From assembly GCA_965649825.1 (NCBI GenBank), contig OZ287699.1, positions 1,456,477 through 1,520,476 on the forward strand: a stretch of 64,000 nt of DNA, given 5' to 3'. The notes below the pieces were generated by a model. The model was not told where the DNA came from. It worked only from the letters and a program-made list of their open reading frames with translations, and made no database searches. Positions within the stretch are counted from its first letter, which is position 1. Each line of letters opens with the position of its first letter. The translations under genes and the position numbers were made by a program. Positions 1-11,866 of this stretch are shown here, one piece after another. The stretch comes from Penicillus capitatus. Lineage: Eukaryota > Plantae > Chlorophyta.

Positions 1-254
1 GCATCGTTCGTTTCTCACTTCTGGACGATCTGCCGCATCGAGTGCCGTCGCTCGGGTATCGAGCATCATTGTCTCAATCGACGGATTCTGAGAATGGTCC
101 TTCCAGTAAGTCTTTTGTGCCGTGCGCTCCCGTTCGTTATCGTCGACATTGCGCTCCATCTGTCTTGCTGATGATGTTGTCGATATTTTTGACTCCAGCC
201 GCCAAAAGGGTTTATGTCGGCTGTACGTTTACTCGATGATGTTGAAGTGACTGG

Positions 255-3200
255 TTACAATGATGTTGTCTCGTCAAGCGATTCTTGTTTTATCTTTCCT
301 TGTTTCTGAATTCTCCCCAACGTATCCATCAGACAGGAGAGCTGAGCATCGGAAAGCTTAGATAACCTCTCCGGATTGGAGAGCACAGATTTGGTGACAT
401 TCATCACCGTCTGCTGAGATCCCACACCCATCAACCAGTATGCATGCATGATTAGGAGGAGAGTCTTGGGCTGGAACTTATCGACATCTCGCACGTCTGA
501 AAGGACACGTTCCAGAAAACCGATAAACCGCAAATGGCAGAATCGAAGGGAACCCAATGCATAGATAACGTTGAGCAGATGGCCTTCATGATAGGAACGC
601 AGTCTCTTGCCTTTCGTGGCTTCTTCCATCAAAAGATTCATGAACCCTCTGTTGTCATACTTCACTTTGCCCACAGTGTTGATGATATTGCACAGAGCTG
701 TTTCGCTTAACGCCCCCAGCTTTGAAGGTTTGGATATCTCTGCAGCCACAAGGTCCATGAAATCGATCGGAACGAAATCCATCCGTCCAAGACTGTACAT
801 GGTGTTCCCTAGAATATTCCCATCCATTCTCTCTAGCCTTCCAGGCAAGGAGAGTTGATCGATGATGGGACGCAGCACAGATGGACTCCTTGTATGTTTT
901 TTGAGGCCCGTCATGCTAAAGAGAATAGCATTGAGGGACATGTCTCCCAGCGATTCAAGTCTCCGAGGATTGGTCATCTCATTCAAAGCATTTACCAGAT
1001 AAGAATGGTCTCGTGGATTGATCTTCACGAGGCTGAAGAAGAGCATCGATAGATCGGATCCGCTGCATTTCGCTAGAGTAGATGGATTCACGGCTGCTTT
1101 CAAGAGTGGCTCCAGCAGACGCTCATCTGATATGTTCATGTTACAGAATGAGAAGAGGGTGCCCATCAACTGGCGGTTGTTGAAATACCGAAGCCGGTGA
1201 TCGAGGCAGACTTCTCTGAGGATGGGGAGTAAGGCCTGCGTATCAAGAAAGCGAAATTGTCCAAGTGCAAAGACCAGTGTTGCCAGCCCATGCAAACTGT
1301 ACTGCTGTAGTCTTCCTGTCTTGATGCTGTTCACAATGAAAGGATAGAGCATGGTTTTGTTTTCGACTCCAATCTGACCAAGCCCATAGAGAATGGACGT
1401 CAGACTTTGGTTATTCAGCTCATCCATATTTTGGCCGTACTGATGGTGTAGGATCTCCAGGATCATCTGACCAAAGGAGTAGTCCTTCTTGTGACACATA
1501 GATCCGATTCCTTGCACCAGCAACGCCAGACATTGCTGATGGATATCGACATGCTTGCCACGCCGAAAGACCTCATTCTTCAGCTGAGTGAACATGTCTG
1601 GATGATGCATCCCAGCCTTACCCAATGCATAAGCACTTCCAGCCAAGTCTCTGATGTCCAAATTGCCAAAGATGTCAGGTTGGAGCAGACGGTGCAAGAG
1701 CGGCTGAATATCTGGACCGTTGTATTCCATGAGAGACAGTGCAGAACAGACCCGACCGAGTTCCTTGATCGCATAGTTGGCGACGCGATCAGGATCCAGA
1801 CTCTCTGAGATAATGTGCTTGAGAGTAACATAGTCTTTGTAACGGATTCCCATGTGTCCCAGTCCATGCATGATAGCTCCCAATTCATGATTCTTGAATG
1901 CGGCCCTCCTGTGTGTGAGCTCATCGATGATTGGCATCACGATCTCATTCGATTCATTGTACTGCAGCTGGCCTAGTGCAAAGACAAAGGCTGACAGTGT
2001 TGAATTGGACATTGCCTTGATCCCCGATGACTCTACGATCGCTGTCAGCAATCGCTTAATGACATCCACATTCTGGAATTTTAGTTCAGCAAAGTTTATC
2101 ACCAATGTGACCAAAGCAGAGTTTGACAGTGTTTTCATTTTCTCCATCTTGGTGATTTCTTCGGCCAGGCGATTAAGAAGGTTCGCATCTCTGTTCCGCA
2201 ACACACTGAGTCCACCCACTAGGCATGTTATAGCACCAGGCTGATAGGCAGCGATGCGCTCCGGCTTTCGGATTTCAGTCAGGACGGACTTCAACAGGTC
2301 GTAATTTTCTATCTTCAAGTTCGCGAGTCCGTGTATGATGGCCACCAGTCCATACTCTGAATTGTTTGCCATTCTCTCTGGCTTCACAGCCTCTTTCAAC
2401 ACAGCCTCCACTTGTGGACACATTGGCATTTCTAGACGACCAAGAGAATGGACGAGAGACGCCATCGAATGCGAACTGAAATTCTCAAGTCTCTCCGGTT
2501 TTGAGATCTCTTTCAGGAGGATGGAGATGTTGCCTTTGTCTCCAAAAATGCAGTGGGAGAAGCCATAGAAAACACTTGCGAGTTTCTTCTCTGGCATCTC
2601 CTCCAATCTGCAGGTACTCAGAAAGCTCCGCACCATCTTCTGCAGATTCTGAGTATTGTTGTATTCCAGTTGACCTAAGCACCAAATGTATCCGGGATAG
2701 TCCTGATCAAAGGCTGCATTCAGCCTTCGTTCCGATGTGACCTCTTCGATAAAGGCATTAAGGAATTCGTTATTTCGATACTTCAGCTGGGCCATGGCTG
2801 AGATGACGGCATGCAAACTCTTTGGTGCAAAACTGTTCATCCGTTCTGTTCGCATGGTCTCTTTCATCAGGATGTCCAGAAAACTGGTGTCACGGATTCC
2901 GAGCCTTGATGCATAGAGCCAGAGTCCTGTCAGTTCCCAAATCGTATATTTTGGCAGTCTCCATGACCTTGTGATCTCAGACATCAGTAAATAGATGTTT
3001 TTTCGATCTGTGTATCGAAGCATAGTAAGTCCTTGAAGGACACTGTAGAGTCCATGCTCTGAGGACAAAGGCAGTCGTTGTGGATGCAAGATTTCAGATA
3101 GAATCAAATCGACAGCCTGGGGATCTGAACGATTGAGGTATCCAAAGCAGTTGATGAGACTGCACAGTCCTCGATTGGACAGTTGTCGGAAGATTGGACC

Positions 3201-4291
3201 ATGGATGGCCATATCCACCAGTTTTGCTATGAGTTCTTGATCTACGGTGTTCGCAGCTGCTGCTCCATAGATGGCGTTGGTCACTTGCCATCCAGACACC
3301 GAATCGCACTCCGTAACAGTTACAAAGCGGCGTATGAGTAGGTCTAGGAATTCTGTTTGACTCTCGCAGATGTTAACACTGACAGTAGTAGGATTGGACT
3401 CCGCCGTAGATAAGACCGTCTGTCCAGATTCTCCATCCTCCAGCACGGACTTCTGCCGTCGGGCCATCTCTCTTACAATAATACCGATAGAGTTCAACAC
3501 GATGGATACATCTTTGTGCGAGAAGGCCTCTAACTACACCACCACCGTCGTAGCGATGATCATCATACACCTAAGTTCTTCGTCTTCTGGATGGGGAGCT
3601 CACTTGAAAAGGCAGCATTGTCTGTTGGGCCATGGCTTCGAACAGATCGCTGTTTACCCAACGTAATCTAGCACAGATGTGGAAAATATGGGAGATGTGC
3701 CGAGGCTGCAGTGTCGATTTCTGTTGTATGATCTGATCAGCAACGGCCTTCATGAGCTCGGGCTGAGGTTCAGTCCGAAACCTCTTGAGAACAGCCAAGA
3801 CGGCGCAGAGATCGTGCATGCCCATGGATGGAATGTATGGAAGAGCACATTCCGCTACAGCAGCACTGGATTTGCATATCTGAAGCTGCTGTATACGGCT
3901 GAGCTGCTTGTCGAGTGGCTCCAGTGAGGTCTGTGTTTCACACCATCTCCGTTGATCGTACAATCCTCTGCCACAGAAGAAAGGACCATTCCATCCTGCA
4001 ATTGAGACTGGAGACATGGAGAACATCCCTGACGGTGCATTCGTGTAACGTCTCTGCAGCAGACCCATATCAGATGGCGATCTGAGCAAAGGATCTCGTC
4101 ATACATTGCATTGGACGAACAGTTTTCCAAATGAAACGGCAGACGCGAGCTCCACTTCACAGAAGAAAGGAAACACAATGATCTCTAGAGAACAGGCGAA
4201 GAATTCTCCAGTCGAGACAGACGGTAAGCGTACGAGGGGAGAGATACAGGCGCCGAAATTTAGAAAGCTTTCGAGGCAGGAGGCCGAACAT
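255..4291 (-). CDS. Large alpha-solenoid protein with ~25 tandem 39-aa repeats (OPR/HPR/FASTK-like); probable organellar RNA-binding protein; no RAP domain
   Basis: The 1081-codon ORF 255-3500 extends to an acceptor at 3534. Intron 3534-3603 (GTGAG..TAG) joins ORF 3571-4089 in frame (TMLPFQ|LEAFSHKDVSIVLNSIG). Minimal start is ATG 4068. A possible extra exon 4178-4291 (MFGLLPRKLSKFRRLYLSPR.., intron 4095-4177) would add a presequence-like N-terminus. Example repeats: LENFSSHSMASLVHSLGRLEMPMCPQVEAVLKEAVKPER and MANNSEYGLVAIIHGLANLKIENYDLLKSVLTEIRKPER (39 aa each). Confidence 0.85.
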
Positions 4292-4349
4292 GGCGTTGCC
4301 CAATCCAGCAGTCGCCCGTTGCGTTAGCACGGACAGATAGATGACTTGA

Positions 4350-7091
4350 ATGACGACGACAACGCATTCAATGCCATGCTTACAACCGCGATCTTTGTAC
4401 ACACGTTCGATTGTCATCTCGTTACAGAAACAACATTCTGCGTTGGAAGTCTCGAGAGAAGACGGTCATTCAGAGTTATCAAGCCTTGTTGCGTGTGACA
4501 TGCTTTCGAGGCAACTGCGTGCTGTCAACAATCTCACAAAACTCTCAGGTCAGCCACCGTACGATGCGAAAAGCCGGCGTCAAACATTGTCCTGTGTCAT
4601 GATAGGTTTAGGACTGTGTGACGGACAGAAAGAGACGACGGGTGTTCGTTTCTCCAACCTTTCTTCCTCGTTTTTCGAGACGTTCACGAAATCGCGCCAT
4701 TCGATTCTTGACAGTGTGAAATCTTCGTTCCTTGGATTGGTTTCAGCATCCAATGACAGTGCTGAAAATGGCTCCATGGGTCCTCCGCTGACTGCCATGG
4801 CGAAAGGAGACGAGGGGACAAGAGAAGATTCGTTACAGAGCAAGGAATCTGTTGCGGATCGCAGTCTGGATGGTGTCTTTGTCATCTTGGATCGCTTTCC
4901 TACAGATAACCACGTCGTTTCCTTGCAGCTGCTGGCTGAGATTGGTGCCCTGTTCCCAGATGCTGTCACGCTCCATCAGTTCCATCAGTAAGGCGACATC
5001 TGTGTGTGAGGGGCCATTGCGTTGTGTGTGTGATTCAGGTCGGGGAACACTTTGCGTCTGTCGAATGTGCATGGACAGCTGCGCAGTGTCCAGTTGCGAT
5101 TAGTACAACAGCTCTCTCCTGCAGCTGCACTGGATGTCTACAAAGCCTTTGCTGTGTTGCGCTTTACACCTGCCGATGAAGTCCATGAGGCTCTGTTCAC
5201 GAATGTGGCGTACCATGCGGGAAGTCTGGGAGTGCCGGATATCGCAAACTTTCTGCAGGTCTACATTATGTGCCTTTCCGTCTCGATCAGAATACGAGCG
5301 AACATCTCTAGGCACATCTCATGGTCCAGTCTGTGCTGGACAGTGACACACTGACAGCCTTTTCAAAGATGTTGGTCGCGGCACTCAAGGCCAGCAAGAA
5401 ACGCAACGTGAAAGAAGCTCCATATGTTGTGCACGTGCTCGATCTTTTTGTAAAGCATCAGCTTCGAGATGAAGACTTCTTAACTCATGCTGTCGAGTAC
5501 TTAAGGGCACGGGTAAAAGGTGAGCAGATGCAATAGGAGAGAGTCAGTGAAGTCCGACGGCAGATGATGGGTGTGTTTTTAGGTTTGTCTGCACACGGTC
5601 TCGTTTCAACAGTAACATCATTGATGTATCTCGAGCATCCGGCTGGAAAACTGTTCGATGCCATTGTACTGGAAGTCTTACATCGTGGACCAGATATGTT
5701 TTTAACCTCTGAACTCTCTCAACTTGCAGCGGCACTGACAGAGACAAAGCACTGTGATGTCATGACAGATGTTTTGATGGACTCCATTGCTGTGACCTGC
5801 CAGAAACGCATGAAGACTCTCAGATTCGAGGAATTGGGTAAGCCATCTCTCTGTGTTTTGTGTAAGAGGCCTATGCCTCCCAGTGGATCTGTTATGGGCC
5901 TATGCTCACCATATGCACTTCCATCACGATGCTAAGCTCCTGGAATGCCTGGCTGCTGGACTCGTTACCAGGCTACAGACTGCGAAACAGATCTCGGGAA
6001 GCACGTGTGTCAAACTCTGCGATATTGTCACTGCTTCCGATCTGGGTCCCGAAACCTCTTGCTGTTTCCTGGAGGCGGCATCATCACACATTGTGTCCGT
6101 CATGGATACCCTGAACCAGCAAGAACTGCTCAGAGTGGCAACAGCTTGCCGAAAAGCACGATTCGTCTGTCCACGGTTGCTGGAGGCAGTCAGAGATCGC
6201 TTCGAGTCACACTCCAGCGAACTGACACTGTCCGAGTTGTGCCAGATTCTCAATAACTTCACATCTCTCAATTTCAATCCAGGAGATGAGCTTCTTGAAC
6301 TGGCACTTCGACAGACAGAGAACACAGACGACCTGAGTCCAACTGAAGTGACTTGACCCTCTGCATCGTCCTCTCTCTTGTGATCGCGTCTGGCATCAGG
6401 TGAGTCGTCTGATCTGGAGCTTGGCCTATTTTAACAAGCTCACTGTCGAGAATTCTCGTCCATTATTTGATCATCTTCAGAACTTCTCTCGTTCAAATTT
6501 CAATGCATTAGATACGCAGAAACTCCTCCTCTCCGAAAAACTCGTTCTTCTCTCAGATAGTAGTGACAGCCAGGATAGTGAAAATGACGACGACCGTTTG
6601 ATTCCTGAACCATTGCATTCTGAACTGACGGCAATGTGGAGAGAGCGCATTTACTTCACTCGAAGTGTCTCTCCCTTTCAACAAGTACTGATTGATCACC
6701 ACGCACTCCGACACTGAATCCTGGTTCTGATGCGCGTTTTTATGTACTACAGGAAGTCAGTCGCATGTTGACAAAACTGAATGTCGACCATGAGACAGAG
6801 GCATTGATTGACAACGGTGACTTGAGCGTGGATTTCCTTCTGTATCTTGGATCATCCAGATCTGAGGGCGATGTAGAAAACAATCTGCAGAAAAACACAG
6901 TGTTGGAGTGTGACGGTCCACGCCGAAGCTCAGTCAATGCACCACATGTGCCATTGGGGCAGACAATGACCTTCAAGAAAATTATGAAGGCACAGGGATG
7001 GGACGTTTTCGTTATTTCCAAAGAAGACTGGTATAAGAAATCGGCAACTGAACAAGAAAATCTGCTGCGCAAAACGCTCAAGCTCTGTTAA
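4350..7091 (+). CDS. FASTK/OPR-like helical-repeat protein with C-terminal RAP domain
   Basis: Multi-exon (ORFs 4350-4991, 5052-5354, 5321-5536, 5564-5935, 5853-6356, 6400-6717, 6765-7091). Last exon has the RAP signature LECDGPRR..PLGQTMTFKKIMKAQGWDVFVISKEDW. Degenerate helical repeats (VDLLWAYA, RLIWSLAYF). Start uncertain. Confidence 0.85.
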
Positions 7092-7174
7092 TAAGCCCTT
7101 CTGTACAACTATTGTGGGGATGCCTGTGGATCGAAGGCACAGAGAACATTCATTGTCGCATATGTCAATCAGTT

Positions 7175-10042
7175 TCATTCAAACAGACGAATAGAGTGAT
7201 CGGCACTACAAGATGCTAAGATGCTTGTTTGATGAGGACGGCTTTCGATATGTAACAATCGCGCCGTTGTCCATAGCAGTCTCAAAACGGCAGCCGAATG
7301 TCTGCCGTGCACATCTGTCACCCACAAACTGTCAAAGGAAGGAGTTGACATCGCAAGCTGCCGGATCTGCCAAACGCAGATGTTGCCGTTCTCTTCTCCT
7401 GCTGCCAGGAGGGCGCCGTCTGGTGGATGGTCCATGGATATTGGATGAAAGGCCACGGATGTCACACTGGTATCGACAGGAATCTGCAGCACACAGTGTG
7501 CATCTGGCAGTCTCCATATCTTAATACTCTGATCGCGCGATGCTGTCGCAAAATGCACTTCGTCGGATGCCCAGGAGACATCCCAAATGATCCGACCATG
7601 GGCCTTGGCTTTCTTCAGCAAAAAGTGGAAGACATCTTCGCGCTGCTCGTACAGGCAGAAGGTCCGATCTCTGCTTCCGGAGAGAAGATATCGACCAGAT
7701 GGGGAGAATTCCATTCGAGTGACCGTCAGTGTGTGCCCTCGAAGCTGTTGGAGAGGTGTCCACGATGACGTGTCCCACAGAAAGATGACCGCCGTGTCTT
7801 CTTTCTGAGCTTTGCAGCCAGAAGCCAAGAATCGGCCGCACGGAGAGACAGCTAGACTGTAAACGACGTCTCCATGGCCGTATAGTTTGCGAACCTCTGG
7901 CCATAGTGTATTCTGGCTTAGATGCTCCTCCAGTGGGACACCTACAACAAACGCGCCTTTGGTTTCTTGTCCCTTCGGTATTCATGCAGGGCTATTGCCT
8001 GAGATGCATGTTGGAGTGGCATTGGGTGCAAAATCTGGGCCAGGAGTGTACAGATCCACCACTCCTTGCGCCAGTGCATCTCCTGCATTTTCCTGATCGT
8101 CATCGTACACGGCTGTGTTTGTGAGTGCCAAGGCCTTCACGGATGCACCGCGAGGCATTTTCTGCAGAGCACTCTCAAGACACCACAGATGCATGGCATG
8201 ACGCGACCTTCTCTGTAGACGCATCAGGAACCAATGTTGATATACTGTTGGCACTCAGATATTGATAGAAATTTGTCGGCGCCTCAAAAACACGAATGAC
8301 TTTCTCTTCTGAACAGCTAACGAAGCATTGCGGAAATTTGTCAGGAAGAGAGGCCACAGAATAGAAATCATGCCCATGTACCTGCATTAAGAGATCTATC
8401 TCAAAGGAGAACTGGCGTTTCGCCTATTGTGACCTGAGGACGTGCAATCTCTCGCCAGTTGCCATCCAATGCACCCATCATCCTCGTCGTCTGATCTCTG
8501 CTGACAGAAACAATGGCTGTGAAGGGATCTGCATTGCTGGATGGCTGAGAGACGGCCAGGCACATATCGACGATCTCATCACAGTGTCCAGTCAATGCTG
8601 GTTTTGGAGTCCATCCTCCTACGGTGCTCGTCTTTTGCCACAAGTGCAGTGCTCCCGTGAAGCCGTGAGCAACGATGAACATTCCATCAGGACTGAAGAC
8701 ACCTGTAAAGTATCCCAGAGCGCTGCATCCGGCATCACCTACGCTCTCTGTCTGTTGCCAACATGCATGGTGTACATCCCATTCCCACAGAAGCATGGTT
8801 CGATCCATCGATGTGGACAGCAGACACAAGCGATCATGTCCTGTCATGTCATAAGACCAGATGTCAGTTACTCTGTCGTTTTCCCTCGAGTCGCATTACC
8901 TGAATGGAATTGCACACAATGGACCCAGTCTTCGTGTCCAGTAAGCAATCCCTCCAGTTTGACAGTGTAACGCCGAGCTGCTGCTTGAAAACTCAGAGAC
9001 GGCGCCAGTTGTGTCAGCGCATTACGATAGGTTGCTCCATCGGCGATCATTCCCCAAACACGAACAAATCTGTACAGACAAGGACACAATTCAGACTGAG
9101 GATGTGGAGCATATGAAGAGAATGGGCTTGCCTATCCTGAGAAGCACTCGCTAACAGGAGCTTTGTTTCCGAAATAACAAGGAAATCCAGTCCACGTATC
9201 CAGTTCTCGTGGCCCCGCAGTGTACAAGCAGGGCGGAATTCGTGGCCATCCAGAGACAGAAACAAACGAATCATAGCGTCTGTTCCGCCAAGCGCCAACA
9301 GCACACTAAATCCAAGAGTCCATCCTAAACACATGTTGTATCAACTCGGAGACAAACGCATCAGATGGCGATGGTAAGGACGTCATTGCTGCACTGTGCT
9401 GAATGCAGGATTCTATGGTGAGAGTGCTTGCGAGATGCCACACACTCAAATCCGTGGCACACTCACACTTCCAGATCTTCACATCCGGACCGGAGCTGCA
9501 TGAAGCAATCATCACAGATGCAATGCGATGCTCTCTGTAGAGAATGTGAACAGCCAAGGCAGTCACGCTTGACGTGTGTCCATGATCAGAAGAATGAAAA
9601 GATGTGTCAGACGGTGTGAAAAGAACCTGTAATACAGCAACACATTTGCCATGGTCGCCATTCCAACTCCACACGCGCAGAGTGGCATCTGCACTCCCAG
9701 ATACCAGATGCGCTACATCAGTCTCTAGATATGCATCGTTTCGCCTTTTCGGCCAACCTGCTTCAACGCCAGTACCTTCCGCACCTTCTTCTCTTGAATC
9801 TATCCATCGAACGCAGTTGACGGGAGCCTCGTGACCATTAAGGACACCCACGACAGTGGACACCTAAGCAGCTGAGATATAAGCGAGCCATCCCTCTCCT
9901 TATTGCCACAGTGCACTTCGATGTGGTAGATCGCGATGTAGTGATGGGCGCCGAATGCCACAAACGGACCGCGTGGACTCCAGTCGAGGCATCCCACCAC
10001 TCTATTGCATCCAACGAGTGTCGCCAGCAGTCGTCCCTTCAT
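7175..10042 (-). CDS. ELP2: Elongator complex subunit 2 (WD40)
   Basis: Starts MKGRLLATLVGCNRVVGCLDW. Motifs LASASQDR|FVRVW, LLTGHEDWV, LLSTSMDRT, GHDFY, SCSEEKVIRVFEAP, ASGCKAQ, QLRGHTLTVTRMEFSP, SCSADHSIRLF. Many short introns, including GC-AG 9070-9131. Confidence 0.95.
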
Positions 10043-10125
10043 TTTTCGGCATGCGGAACACGTCACATCGCCAACATCATTCACCCGAGTCCACCACGTG
10101 ACGCATCCACCTCTCTTCTTTGGCA

Positions 10126-11852
10126 ATGTCTTACGGACACGCGGGTACTCCTTATTGGCGCCCGCCTCCGACCAATCAAGATGTCTATCGCCAACCGCTT
10201 CCCAACTATATTGCTCCTCAACCATGCGTCGCTCCTTATTATCGGATGCCTATGACGCCGACAGTGGACCCGTATGCCTACCTCAGCGAGCTGTGGAGAG
10301 AGGTGGACCGACTTCGCAGAACATTGGAGAGCGAAGTGCAAACGCGACAGCGACAAGAACGGGAGTACCGAGAGAGAATCGAACGACTGGAGAAAGAGCT
10401 CGCAGAACTTCGTGCCCGGCAAACGAACAATACGAATGTGACCCCGACGGAAGCCAACTCGGATCCCCTCTGTCTGATTCCAGTACAGCAACCGGATGAA
10501 GATTCAGAGAGTAGCCTCAGAGACTTTCTGGCGGGATTCTACGACACATCACCCCAAACGAACGAAACTGAAGGAGACGACGCTGCTGACGCGGAAGTGC
10601 GTGCGATTAATGGCGGAGCGATGGACGGTGGAGATCTCTATATCTTTGGAGGCATGTGTTCTGGAAATACGATTAACAGAACGGTAATCCTGATCACACA
10701 TATTCTGCGTTCTCTATTAGAGGGACCGGTCGGTCGGTGAACAGGTTGAGAGGTTTGATGGGGATGGTGGTGGATATTGGATCCCAATTGGCGAATTGCC
10801 TGCTGAGTTGGACGGATTGCATTTGTCAGCAGTGGCATACAATCGGAGCAATGCATTTCTTTTTTCTGGATTTCCAACAAGTGCAAAAGACCTCTCGGTC
10901 TTCAAGTGCACGCTCTCTGCCGAAGGTCTCATACCTTGCTTGATAAAATGGGCGGACGAACTGCCCGATGGTTGTGTTGATTACAGAGCCGAGGTGGACG
11001 CAGGTGGCTTCTCCAAAGGCAGCGCGCTGTTTGGCAGGGCACACATGCCTGGGAAATAGGATATGCATCGCAGGGGGCTATACGAGTAACCGACCGTACG
11101 TCCTTGATGTTTGAACAGGGCTACAGGCCGTGCGCAGAATTCTGTGGTCTAGATCCGTCTTTCCCTTTCCACCTGATTTGACACGAATGGACGCAATGGA
11201 TGTCGTGGAAATCTTTGATCCAGAACGCAATTCCTGGACATATCTTGCCTCACTCTCGACGAAGAGGATTCGTGGTGTTCTCGTTCCGGAGTCGGACCAC
11301 GTCCTGTACGCCATGGGAGGCTTGACATTTGGTGAGAGTGGACTGCTACGACCGACCAACACCATCGAACGCTACGATGAACGCCACGTACACTCCAGCT
11401 TCTCACTCGATCAATTTCCAGTCCATGGGGTGAATGGTATTCAGGGTCGATGGGTCTCACTCTCACATATGCAACACGGCCGAGCCTTCTTTGACATCGT
11501 CCAAGTCGATCAGTATCAGTTTGTGGCACTGGGAGGAATTAACTCGTCTGTGAGTGCCTCTCTCATGACGGAGACAGGAGCAACAGACTCCGCGGAATGC
11601 TACGATACACGAATGAATAAATGGATATTACTACCAAGCATGCCGAGCAACAGATGCATGTTCACAGCACATCATTTTCTTCAAGACCGCATGTATATCA
11701 TTGGCGGCCAACCTGTCCTCTCACGGGGACAACGAATGACACCTGGTCATGGGATGGTGATCTACAATTGGCGAACGCAGACATGGGAAGACGAAGAGAT
11801 GCTCGCAGGAACGTCTTCAAAAAGATATGCCCATGCATCTTGTGTTGTTTGA
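10126..11852 (+). CDS. Kelch-repeat protein with N-terminal Pro/Tyr-rich segment and coiled coil
   Basis: GG-containing kelch blades: DLYIFGGM, NRICIAGGY, VLYAMGGL, FVALGGI, MYIIGGQ. Coiled coil LWREVDRLRRTLESEVQTRQRQEREYRERIERLEKELAEL. Spliced. Confidence 0.85.
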
Positions 11853-11866
11853 ATCGTGTGCTTTCA

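Noticed and set aside
1-239. Possible 3' part of an RNase Z/metallo-beta-lactamase gene (LPHRVPSLGYR..KRVYVG)
   Set aside because: The motif resemblance is slight, the frame stops before the downstream catalytic motifs, and the gene would be truncated by the window edge.
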